Source: Candidatus Heteroscillospira sp. (GTDB taxonomy: Bacteria > Bacillota > Clostridia > Oscillospirales > Oscillospiraceae). From it: DNA of 64,000 bases. Below are positions 40,778-48,811 of the stretch, piece by piece. The number at the start of each line of letters is the position of its first letter. Within the stretch, counting starts at the first letter, position 1. The translations under genes and the position numbers were made by a program. Below the pieces are notes generated by a model that worked only from the letters and a program-made list of their open reading frames with translations, was not told the DNA's origin and searched no databases. Location: NCBI GenBank assembly GCA_050943935.1, contig JBMNQC010000004.1, positions 107,759 to 171,758 of the forward strand, given 5' to 3'.

Positions 40778-40806
40778 TTGACCGTGGGCTTTTCCTGTGT
40801 TATATT
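40778..40806 (+). promoter_or_regulatory. sigma-A type promoter for rpmG-secE-nusG-rplK-rplA
   Basis: TTGACC (40778-40783), 17-nt spacer, TATATT (40801-40806). Confidence 0.6.
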
Positions 40807-40941
40807 AATTCTACCTGTGGCCGTAGGGCCTTATTTTTGTGCGCCCAAATGCGCATTAAGTGGTTTTGCCCATGCGGCGTAACGCAGGGAGGCAACAAAA
40901 GTCCCGTACAGCGGGCGAATAAAACAAGGAGGTGCCGAAAA

Positions 40942-41103
40942 ATGGCTGTTGGCGCTAGAGTCAAAGTTACCCTGAGATGCAGCGAGTGCAAGCAGAGAAA
41001 CTACAATACTATGAAGAACAAGAAGAACACCCCTGACCGTCTTGAACTCAAGAAGTATTGCCCCTTCTGCCGCAAGCACACAGTGCATAATGAAACGAAG
41101 TAA
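40942..41103 (+). CDS. rpmG: 50S ribosomal protein L33
   Basis: 53 aa. [63 protein letters not shown]. Confidence 0.95.
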   Translation: MAVGARVKVTLRCSECKQRNYNTMKNKKNTPDRLELKKYCPFCRKHTVHNETK

Positions 41104-41127
41104 GGCTTTCAGAAAGGATGCGTAAAA

Positions 41128-41412
41128 ATGGCTGAAGAAAAGAAGACCACCGCTCCCGCATACGACAAGGTGGATCGCGCCGCCGTGAAGAAAGTCGACA
41201 GTAATGAAAAGCTCGGATTTTTCCAGCGTACCAAGAAATGGTTCCGGGAAATGAAGAGCGAGCTGAAGAAGGTCGTATGGCCCACCCGTCAGCAGACGCT
41301 GAACAACACCGGCGTCGCCCTGCTGGTCATGGCAGTCTCTGCGGTAGTGATCTGGGGATTTGATCAGATCGCACAGAACGCAGTTCAGGCTCTCATCAAG
41401 CTCGTAGGTTAA
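41128..41412 (+). CDS. secE: preprotein translocase subunit SecE
   Basis: 94 aa. ELKKVVWPTRQQT plus a single C-terminal TM helix. Confidence 0.9.
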   Translation: MAEEKKTTAPAYDKVDRAAVKKVDSNEKLGFFQRTKKWFREMKSELKKVVWPTRQQTLNNTGVALLVMAVSAVVIWGFDQIAQNAVQALIKLVG

Positions 41413-41418
41413 TCTGCC

Positions 41419-41943
41419 ATGGCAGGAAATGCTAAATGGTATGTGGTTCACACATACTCCGGTTATGAAAATGCCGTTGCCGCCGCGATTCTCAAGGCGG
41501 CCGAAAATCGTAAAATGCAGGATCTCATCCTGGAGGTAAACATCCCTCTGGAGACCGTTGTGGAGCACACCGACACCGGCGACAAGGAAGTTGAGCGCAA
41601 GGTGTTCCCCGGCTATGTGCTTGTGAAAATGGTCATGACCGACGAGAGCTGGTATCTGGTGCGCAACGTGCGCGGCGCTACCGGATTTGTCGGAAGCGAC
41701 GGAGATCCCATCCCTCTCACCGAACAGGAAATTCTGGACATGGGCGTTGAGCGCCGGGAGTACAAGCTCGGCTTCGACGTTGGCGATAAGGTCAAGGTCA
41801 TTGACGGCCCCCTGGATGGCTTCTTCGGCATCGTGGACGAGCTGGACCCCGACAAGGGCATGGTCCGCGTTGTTGTTTCCATGTTCGGCAGAGAGAACCT
41901 CGTCGACTTTGAGCTCGACCAGGTAGAACCCGTAACAGAATAA
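41419..41943 (+). CDS. nusG: transcription termination/antitermination factor NusG
   Basis: 174 aa. [17 protein letters not shown] domain and a KOW C-terminus. Confidence 0.95.
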   Translation: MAGNAKWYVVHTYSGYENAVAAAILKAAENRKMQDLILEVNIPLETVVEHTDTGDKEVERKVFPGYVLVKMVMTDESWYLVRNVRGATGFVGSDGDPIPLTEQEILDMGVERREYKLGFDVGDKVKVIDGPLDGFFGIVDELDPDKGMVRVVVSMFGRENLVDFELDQVEPVTE

Positions 41944-41959
41944 TAGGAGGTGCTTTACA

Positions 41960-42388
41960 TTGGCACAGAAAGTAGTTGGATACGTTAGATTCCAGGTTCC
42001 CGCAGGCAAGGCGACTCCCGCCCCCCCTGTAGGTCCCGCACTCGGTCAGTACGGCGTCAACATTGCTCAGTTCACCAAGGACTTCAATGAGCGCACCAAG
42101 GGCGACATGGGCATGATGATTCCCGTTGTCATCACCGTTTACGCCGACCGCAGCTTTACCTTTATCACCAAGACTCCCCCCACCGCCCTTCTCGTCAAGA
42201 AGGCCTGCGGTATAGAGACTGCCTCCGGCGTGCCCCAGCGCGACAAGGTCGCCACTCTCAGCCGCGAGGATCTCCGCAGAATCGCCGAGCAGAAGATGCC
42301 CGACCTCAACTGCAGCGATATCGAGGCCGCTATGAGCATGGTGGCCGGCACCTGCCGCAGCATGGGCATTCTCGTCGCCGCCGAGTAA
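41960..42388 (+). CDS. rplK: 50S ribosomal protein L11
   Basis: 142 aa (TTG start). [17 protein letters not shown]. Confidence 0.95.
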   Translation: MAQKVVGYVRFQVPAGKATPAPPVGPALGQYGVNIAQFTKDFNERTKGDMGMMIPVVITVYADRSFTFITKTPPTALLVKKACGIETASGVPQRDKVATLSREDLRRIAEQKMPDLNCSDIEAAMSMVAGTCRSMGILVAAE

Positions 42389-42492
42389 AAAGCGGCTCTT
42401 GGGGCGGGGACTTCATTTCCCCTGCCTGAACGTGGGAGGATATGCCCCCGGGGCAGTCATCCGACGAACCACAATACAAGGAGGAAATCAAA

Positions 42493-43179
42493 TTGTTCAG
42501 AGGTAAGAATTACAAAGAGAGCGCAAAGCTCATAGATAAGCAGGCACTCTACGATTCCGCCGAGGCTTTCGACCTGGTCATTAAGGCCAGCAAGGCCAAG
42601 TTCGACGAGACCGTTGAGCTGCACGTCAAGCTGGGCGTCGATTCCCGCCACGCCGACCAGCAGGTCCGCGGCGCCATCGTCCTGCCCCACGGCACCGGCA
42701 AAACCGTCCGCGTGCTGGTGTTCTGCAAGCCCGAGCGCGAGGAAGAGGCCAAGGCAGCCGGTGCTGATTACGCCGGCGGCATGGAGCTGGTTGAGAAGAT
42801 CCAGAAGGAAAACTGGTTCGAGTTCGACACCGTCATCGCTTCTCCCGACATGATGGGCGTTGTTGGCCGTCTCGGTAAGGTCCTGGGCCCCAAGGGTCTG
42901 ATGCCCTCTCCCAAGGCCGGCACCGTCACCCCCAACATTGCCAACGCTGTCACCGAAGCCAAGGCCGGTAAGATCGAGTATCGTCTCGACAAGACCAACA
43001 TCATCCACTGCCCCATCGGCAAGGTCTCCTTCGGCGCTGAGAAGCTGAATGAGAACTACAACGCTCTGCTGGGCGCCATCATCAAGGCCAAGCCCGCAGC
43101 CGCCAAGGGCCAGTACATCCGCTCCTGCGTCACCGCATCCACCATGGGCCCCGGTGTGAAGATCAACGCAAAGATCTAA
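42493..43179 (+). CDS. rplA: 50S ribosomal protein L1
   Basis: TTG start giving (M)[15 protein letters not shown], after AAGGAGGAAA. The rest is typical L1. Confidence 0.9.
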   Translation: MFRGKNYKESAKLIDKQALYDSAEAFDLVIKASKAKFDETVELHVKLGVDSRHADQQVRGAIVLPHGTGKTVRVLVFCKPEREEEAKAAGADYAGGMELVEKIQKENWFEFDTVIASPDMMGVVGRLGKVLGPKGLMPSPKAGTVTPNIANAVTEAKAGKIEYRLDKTNIIHCPIGKVSFGAEKLNENYNALLGAIIKAKPAAAKGQYIRSCVTASTMGPGVKINAKI

Positions 43180-43190
43180 GTGATTTTCAA

Positions 43191-43219
43191 AAAGACCGCT
43201 TCATACGAAGCGGTCTTTT
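43191..43219 (+). terminator. intrinsic terminator after rplA
   Basis: AAAGACCGCTTC-ATAC-GAAGCGGTCTTTT. Confidence 0.8.
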
Positions 43220-43225
43220 CCTTTT

Positions 43226-43845
43226 GCAGCCGAATTTGCAGAAAACTCATTCGAAGCGTTCAGGGGCACGCATTGCGGTGGGCGCATACTTATTCGCCAG
43301 GTATGGCTGTGAAACCGGCCTGTACCGCGGGGTCGTGATATGAAACCCATTTCTTTAAAGAAACGGGTTTCAGACTTCCCAAAGAATCTGCCTATGTCGA
43401 ATACTCTTTTGGGCCTCGCCGACGCGCACAACGCGCTCGTGCGGCGGTTGCTGCAAGCCTTGGCCTACGTCTAAATGCAGTGCTGTCAGGTGAGCTTTAT
43501 GCTGAACTCTACTGCCCAATTCCACCGACTCAGGCGCGACTGACACCGCACTCACCCTTCGCCATTTGAGTAAGGTGAGCTTTAGCTCAGCTTACGGCCC
43601 ATGGCGAACCGGTAAGTTTCTTTGGCGGGCGACACCGTTTCTTTTAAAAGAAATGGGGTCGCTCACCGCAATCCGCAGACTGCGCCACGTTCTCCCGCTG
43701 CGGATATCGCGGGCGCGCAATGCGCGCCCCTACACGGATGATGCTGTAACGGCAACCCCTCCCCTCGCCTCCCCTTACGCAGGGGAGGCGGGGGGAGGCC
43801 TCAGTCAGCTTCGCTGACAGCTCCCTTTGCACAAGGGAGCCTTTG
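43226..43845. repeat. intergenic mosaic repeat cluster 5 (full ~450-bp element, forward, + degenerate unit 2)
   Basis: Degenerate terminal palindrome at about 43262-43285 and intact GGGCGCGCAATGCGCGCCCC at 43711-43730. Hairpins at 43342-43371 and 43631-43660. Confidence 0.9.
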
Positions 43846-43872
43846 TGGGCCATCTGCACTTATCCATACAAG

Positions 43873-43911
43873 AAAAGCCCTGGCATCTGATAGACAGACA
43901 CCAGGGCTTTT
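43873..43911 (-). terminator. intrinsic (bidirectional-looking) terminator after the ACP gene
   Basis: AAAAGCCCTGG-loop-CCAGGGCTTTT. Confidence 0.7.
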
Positions 43912-43913
43912 TG

Positions 43914-44141
43914 CTATTTTTTCACGCTCTCTATGAGAGCCACCAGTTGACCGACGGTGCGGATATCCTGCATAGCCCGGGCCGTGGGCGGCAGCGAAAA
44001 TTCTTCTTCCACCAGGACAACCAGTTCGGCCAGGTCGACAGAGTCGACGCCGAGGTCTGCGATGATATCGGTGCCGGCGGTTATATCGCCGCTGACATCC
44101 AGCTGGGAACGGATCAGTTCACATACCCGTTCAAAGATCAT
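43914..44141 (-). CDS. acyl carrier protein-like (phosphopantetheine attachment DSV motif)
   Basis: 75 aa. ...IIADLGVDSVDLAELVVLVEEEF... Confidence 0.75.
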   Translation of the reverse strand: MIFERVCELIRSQLDVSGDITAGTDIIADLGVDSVDLAELVVLVEEEFSLPPTARAMQDIRTVGQLVALIESVKK

Positions 44142-44161
44142 CTGTATTCCCCCTGTTTAAT

Positions 44162-44830
44162 TCAGCTCCACTCCCGGACGGCGGGCTTGCTCTTCTTTGG
44201 CTCCGGGCGGACGTAGGACACCACCACGCGGCGGTTTGGCTCGGTGCCGGTAGAGCTGGTGGTCACGCCCTCAAAGTCCTGCAGGGCTGTGTGGATAACA
44301 TGGCGCTCATAGCTGTTCATGGGCTCGAGAGCCATGCTGCGGCGGTACTTGACCACCTTGGCGGCCATTTTCTCGGCCAGGTGGACCAGGGAGTCCTCAC
44401 GCTTGGAGCGGTAGTTCTCTGCGTCCACATTGATGTAGAGGCGCTTTTCGGCGCCGCGGTTCACGGCGTAGTTGGTGAGGTGCTGGATGGCGTCCAGAGT
44501 CTCGCCCCGGCGGCCGATGATGACGCCCATGCTGTCGCCGGTGAGGGTGACGTTCAGGCCCTTTTCACGCTCGGTAATGGTGATATCAGCATCGGCGCCC
44601 ATGTGCCGGAGCAGGCCGCGGATAAAAGTCTCGACCTTTTCCCTCTGGGATTCGGTCTTTTCGTAGCTGACCTTAATTACGGCAGGAGATGCGCCCAGCC
44701 CGAGAAAGCCGGATTTTGCGCGCTCGATTATCTCCACGTTTACCTCGTCGCGCTCCATCCCCAACTGTTTGAGAGCTGCAGCAATAGCCTCATCCTCAGT
44801 CTTGCCGGTTACTTGGATAGATTCTATCAT
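44162..44830 (-). CDS. jag: Jag/KhpB RNA-binding protein (Jag_N, KH, R3H)
   Basis: 222 aa. C-terminal R3H block LEPMNSYERHVIHTAL. Sits downstream of yidC. Confidence 0.9.
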   Translation of the reverse strand: MIESIQVTGKTEDEAIAAALKQLGMERDEVNVEIIERAKSGFLGLGASPAVIKVSYEKTESQREKVETFIRGLLRHMGADADITITEREKGLNVTLTGDSMGVIIGRRGETLDAIQHLTNYAVNRGAEKRLYINVDAENYRSKREDSLVHLAEKMAAKVVKYRRSMALEPMNSYERHVIHTALQDFEGVTTSSTGTEPNRRVVVSYVRPEPKKSKPAVREWS

Positions 44831-44844
44831 AGGTTATACTCCCG

Positions 44845-46107
44845 TTATTCTTCTTCGGCGGGGGCGGCAGTTTCGACAGCGTCGCAGACGCTCTCTGTCT
44901 GTTCATCCTCAACATCGCCGATGTTATCGACGTCGGACACCTCTCCCGCATAGCCGTAGCGGTCAGAGACATATGCTCTGCCTCGGGCATAGCGGCGTGA
45001 ACCCACCTGGGATTCGGGCTTTTTATCCTCAGGCAGTCCTGATGCCGCGCGTTCGGCGGCGCGCTCTGCGGCGCGGCGCTCTGCCTCGCGGGTACGGGCC
45101 TTGGCGTCCAGCTTGCGCTTGCTGGTGTTTTTGTTGCTCAGTATCTCGCCCTCGGCTTTTCTGCGCTCGGCCTCCTCGCGCTTACGCTCCGCCTCGGCCA
45201 TGCGGGCCTCAATACGTGCATTGCGCTCGGCAGCCTCAGCATCCAGCACCTTTTTGAAATGGCTGTTCAGAATGATCTCCTGGATGATGGCGAAAACGCT
45301 GTTGGCTATCCAGTATACACCCATGGCCGCAGGCATAATAAAGCCGATGTAAGCAGACATAAGCGGCATCATAATATTCATGCTGCGCATCATGCCCGCC
45401 TGCTCGGGAGCGGCGGCGGTCTGAGCGCTGCTGCTGACCTTCATGGTGAGCCAGGACAGGAAAGCGGAGACGAAGGGGATGAGGAACAGCCCCAGGGCGG
45501 GAGCCCAGCTCTCGGCAAGGGACCAGTCCACCTGGCTGAAGAAGTTCAGCTTGGGAAAATCGCACAGGTTCATACCCAGGAACTCGAAGTTGAGGTCAAG
45601 CAGGCCGGGAGCCACAGTCTTGAGCTCCTCGAAGTGTGCTCCAACATGCTTGGCCATCTCCAGCTCGCCGTAAACGCCGCCGGATAGTGTCACACCGTAT
45701 TCGCCGAGCTTTTCGGCAATAGCGGAGATCTCATCCTGGCTCAGGCGCATAACGTGGGTCAGCGGGGAGCGGACAACGCTGTAGAGCGCGATGAGTATGG
45801 GAAATGGAATGAGAGTCCAGAGACAACCCGACATGGGGTTAATCTTCTCTTCCTGATACAGCTTGGACACTTCCATTTGATATTTCTGCTTGTTGCCGCC
45901 ATGCTTTTTCTCCAGCTCCTTGAGCATAGGAGTCAAGCTGCTCATGCGCATCATGCTGCGCTTGCTTTTGAGCTGGAAAGGCAGGAGAACGAGCTTTACA
46001 ACCAGGGCGAACAGAATAATGGCGACGCCGAAATTCTGCACCGGCTCATAAAGCTTCAGCAGCAGCCACGAAAAGGGCACGGTTATAATGGACATTGAAT
46101 TCTCCAA
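44845..46107 (-). CDS. yidC: membrane protein insertase YidC with long charged C-terminal tail
   Basis: 420 aa. YidC/Oxa1 core (…QLKSKRSMMRMSSLTPMLKELEKK…MMPLMS…) followed by a roughly 130-aa Glu/Arg/Ala-rich tail. Confidence 0.9.
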   Translation of the reverse strand: MENSMSIITVPFSWLLLKLYEPVQNFGVAIILFALVVKLVLLPFQLKSKRSMMRMSSLTPMLKELEKKHGGNKQKYQMEVSKLYQEEKINPMSGCLWTLIPFPILIALYSVVRSPLTHVMRLSQDEISAIAEKLGEYGVTLSGGVYGELEMAKHVGAHFEELKTVAPGLLDLNFEFLGMNLCDFPKLNFFSQVDWSLAESWAPALGLFLIPFVSAFLSWLTMKVSSSAQTAAAPEQAGMMRSMNIMMPLMSAYIGFIMPAAMGVYWIANSVFAIIQEIILNSHFKKVLDAEAAERNARIEARMAEAERKREEAERRKAEGEILSNKNTSKRKLDAKARTREAERRAAERAAERAASGLPEDKKPESQVGSRRYARGRAYVSDRYGYAGEVSDVDNIGDVEDEQTESVCDAVETAAPAEEE

Positions 46108-46122
46108 TCTGTCTTGCTGTCC

Positions 46123-46344
46123 TTATGGGACAGGATCGTAAAAATCGTGGTTCTTGTCCCTGTGAAAGGGATGGCACTTGCTCAGGCGCTTGAGGGTGAG
46201 CCACAGGCCCTTTTTAGCGCCGTATTTTTCCAGAGCCTCCAGGGCGTACTCCGAACAGGTAGGCACGAAGCGGCAGGAGGGCGGAAAAAGGGGGGAGATG
46301 GCGCGGCGGTAAAACCGAACCAGAGCTATAAGCACAGCTTTCAC
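46123..46344 (-). CDS. yidD: membrane protein insertion efficiency factor YidD
   Basis: 73 aa. [27 protein letters not shown]. Confidence 0.95.
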   Translation of the reverse strand: MKAVLIALVRFYRRAISPLFPPSCRFVPTCSEYALEALEKYGAKKGLWLTLKRLSKCHPFHRDKNHDFYDPVP

Positions 46345-46709
46345 TTTTCCACCCGCTTTTCCGCATCCGACAGCAGGCCCAGCCTGGAACAGGCGGCCAG
46401 ATAGGCCTCATCCAGCTGGCGGTATTCGGCCGTGCGGCTGCGCATACGGGCCACAACTATGATGTCGTAACCCTGCTTCAGCTTATCCGCATTCAGCCGG
46501 TAGATCTCTCTGAACCGGCGGCGAATACGGTTGCGCTCTACGGCCTTGCCCATCTTTGCTGTTACGGTTATACCCAGGCGGTTGTGGTCGCGGCGTGTTT
46601 TCCGGCAGTATACCACCAGAAAGGGCGTCGCGGCGCTTTTGCCTTTGGAGTACAGGCGGCGGAACTCATAATTATTCTTGATTGAAACAGATGATTTCAG
46701 CTTCCTCAC
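46341..46709 (-). CDS. rnpA: ribonuclease P protein component
   Basis: 122 aa. ...[24 protein letters not shown]... Confidence 0.9.
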   Translation of the reverse strand: MRKLKSSVSIKNNYEFRRLYSKGKSAATPFLVVYCRKTRRDHNRLGITVTAKMGKAVERNRIRRRFREIYRLNADKLKQGYDIIVVARMRSRTAEYRQLDEAYLAACSRLGLLSDAEKRVEK

Positions 46710-46749
46710 CCCGCAACGGCATTTGGGGGAACTCTCTCCCCGGACGAAA

Positions 46750-46884
46750 TTAGTAGCTCAGCTGAGCTCTGCCCTTTGCTCTGCGGCGGGCGAGGACCTT
46801 GCGGCCGTTCTTGGTGGCCATTCTCTTGCGGAAGCCGTGCACCTTCTGGCGCTGACGCTTCTTGGGCTGATAGGTACGAAGCAT
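46750..46884 (-). CDS. rpmH: 50S ribosomal protein L34 (not in the ORF track; hand-translated)
   Basis: Minus strand gives [51 protein letters not shown] lies upstream. Confidence 0.95.
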   Translation of the reverse strand: MLRTYQPKKRQRQKVHGFRKRMATKNGRKVLARRRAKGRAQLSY

Positions 46885-47021
46885 GTGTTACACCTCCTTG
46901 CAGTGTTCTGGGGCATGAGATTCAAAGCCCCGACAATACTCAACATCGGCCTTTGGCCGAAGTAGTTGACCTGTGCTTTTTGGGCATAATTCGCCCATGG
47001 GCGCAAACGCGCTTAGGATAC

Positions 47022-47051
47022 ATTTTACCCCATATTCACCTAACCTGTCAA
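47022..47051 (-). promoter_or_regulatory. sigma-A type promoter for rpmH-rnpA-yidD-yidC-jag
   Basis: Minus strand: TTGACA (complement of 47046-47051), 18-nt spacer, TAAAAT (complement of 47022-47027). Confidence 0.55.
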
Positions 47052-47084
47052 TGTTTTTTTCATTACAGGCCATTCTTTTCACCC

Positions 47085-47915
47085 ATGGGCACATTGCGCG
47101 CCCCTGTACTTATGCGCCCGGGTGCGGCGGTGAAATCGATTCGTACTGCGGGGTCGTGATATGAAACCCATTTCTTTAAAGAAACGGGTTTCAAACTTCC
47201 CAAAGAATCTGCCTAAGTCGAATACTCTTTTGGGCCTCGCCGACGCGCACAACGCGCTCGTGCGGTGGTGGATGTTAGCCTGCCGTGCCCCGGCTTTTCC
47301 TCCCCTAACAGGGGAGGTGCCCTCCGCAGAGGGCGGAAGGGTTTAAGCCTCCGAATTTGCTCTGAGCTGACTTGATAGGTTAAACCCTTCAGTCAGCTTC
47401 GCTGACAGCTCCCCTGTTAGGGGAGCGGATTCTACGGTAGTGTGGAGTGTTGGGGTGTGCTTAATGCTGAAACCTACTGCCCGATTCCATCGATTCAGGC
47501 GCGATTTGGTGGCACTACCACTTCGCCATTTGAGTAAGGTGAGCCGAAGGCTCAGCTTACGGACATTGGCGAACCGTAAGTTTCTTTGGCGGGCGACACC
47601 GTTTCTTTTGAAAGAAATGGGGTCGCACACCGCCCACCGCAGGCTGCGCCCCGTTCTCTCTGCGGACATCGTGGGCGCGCAATGCGCGCCCCTACACGTC
47701 AAAGCCTCCCCTGAGTAAGGGGAGGTGGCCCCGCAGGGCCGGAAGGGTTTAAGCCTCCGAATTTGCTCTGAGCTGACTTGATAGGTTAAACCCTTCAGTC
47801 GCTCCGCGACAGCTCCCCTGTTAGGGGAGCGGATTCTAGGGAGGTATGGAAAAAATTTTCAATCGGCGCGAAGCGCCACATCAATTCTTCATTCTTCACT
47901 ATTCATTCTTCATTA
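47085..47915. repeat. intergenic mosaic repeat cluster 6 (~450-bp element with nested unit 2, second unit 2, unit 3)
   Basis: Terminal palindromes at 47087-47104 (degenerate) and 47673-47692. Hairpins at 47163-47192 and 47595-47624. Unit 2 at 47299-47437 and 47705-47840. GGCGCGAAGCGCC at 47865-47877, then the ATTCTTC-type tail at 47883-47914. Confidence 0.9.
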
Positions 47916-47977
47916 TATTTTATAAACCTTCCGCCCCTTGGGCAAACTACCTTAAAATCACGAGAGGAGCAGCACCA

Positions 47978-48811
47978 ATGGGCGATTTATTCTGCGGCTG
48001 GTATTTCCGCTGCGTATCACAAAATAGGAGCCTCGCCGTCATACCGGCCGCCCACGGGCGGAGCTTTTCCATACAGCTCATAACCGGCACGGGCAGTTGG
48101 AGCGTGCCTGTGTCCGCCCCCGGCTCTTTTGTCTCCCCAGCAGAGCCAAGGGCAGCGCTGGGTGAAAATCTCTTTTCTCCGGAGGGAGTCAGCCTGCATC
48201 TGGAAGCGCCGGGGCTTGCCGCCAAAGGTGAGCTGCGCTTTCACGGACTCAGCCCCTTCAAGCCGGACATAATGGGCCCGTTTCGCCATGTGCCCTTTAT
48301 GGAGTGCCGTCACAGCCTGTATAGTCTGCGCCATATGGTGAGCGGCAGGCTGCGGGTAAACGGCACGGACTACGTTTTTGACGACGACTGCGGCTACATC
48401 GAGGGCGACAGGGGGCGCTCCTTCCCCCGGCGCTACGCATGGAGCCAGTGCCCTCTGCCCGAGGGCGCTCTCATGCTGGCCGCCGCGGACATACCTATAG
48501 GCCCCATTGGCTTCACCGGCGTCATCAGCGCCGTGAGCTGGCGGGGCGAGCAGTACCGGCTGGCCACCTACAACGGCGCAGCCCTCCGCCGCCCCGCTCC
48601 CGGAGAGCTGGAAATACGCCGGGGCGGCCTAAAACTGCGCGCCCGGCTGCTGGAGGAGAACTCCCGCCCCCTGGCCGCGCCCAACATGGGCCGCATGGGG
48701 CGCACCATACACGAGAGCGTATCCTGCCGGGCCTTTTACAGCATGGAAAAAGACGGCGAAACTCTCTTTGCCCTTGAAAGCCCTCTCGCCGCCTTTGAAT
48801 ATGAATATTAG
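47978..48811 (+). CDS. hypothetical protein, tocopherol-cyclase-like fold suspected
   Basis: Start MGDLFCGWYFR after GAGAGGAG. The blocks GWYFR, DIMGPF and GYIEGDRGRSFPRRYAWSQC resemble the tocopherol cyclase family. Confidence 0.55.
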   Translation: MGDLFCGWYFRCVSQNRSLAVIPAAHGRSFSIQLITGTGSWSVPVSAPGSFVSPAEPRAALGENLFSPEGVSLHLEAPGLAAKGELRFHGLSPFKPDIMGPFRHVPFMECRHSLYSLRHMVSGRLRVNGTDYVFDDDCGYIEGDRGRSFPRRYAWSQCPLPEGALMLAAADIPIGPIGFTGVISAVSWRGEQYRLATYNGAALRRPAPGELEIRRGGLKLRARLLEENSRPLAAPNMGRMGRTIHESVSCRAFYSMEKDGETLFALESPLAAFEYEY

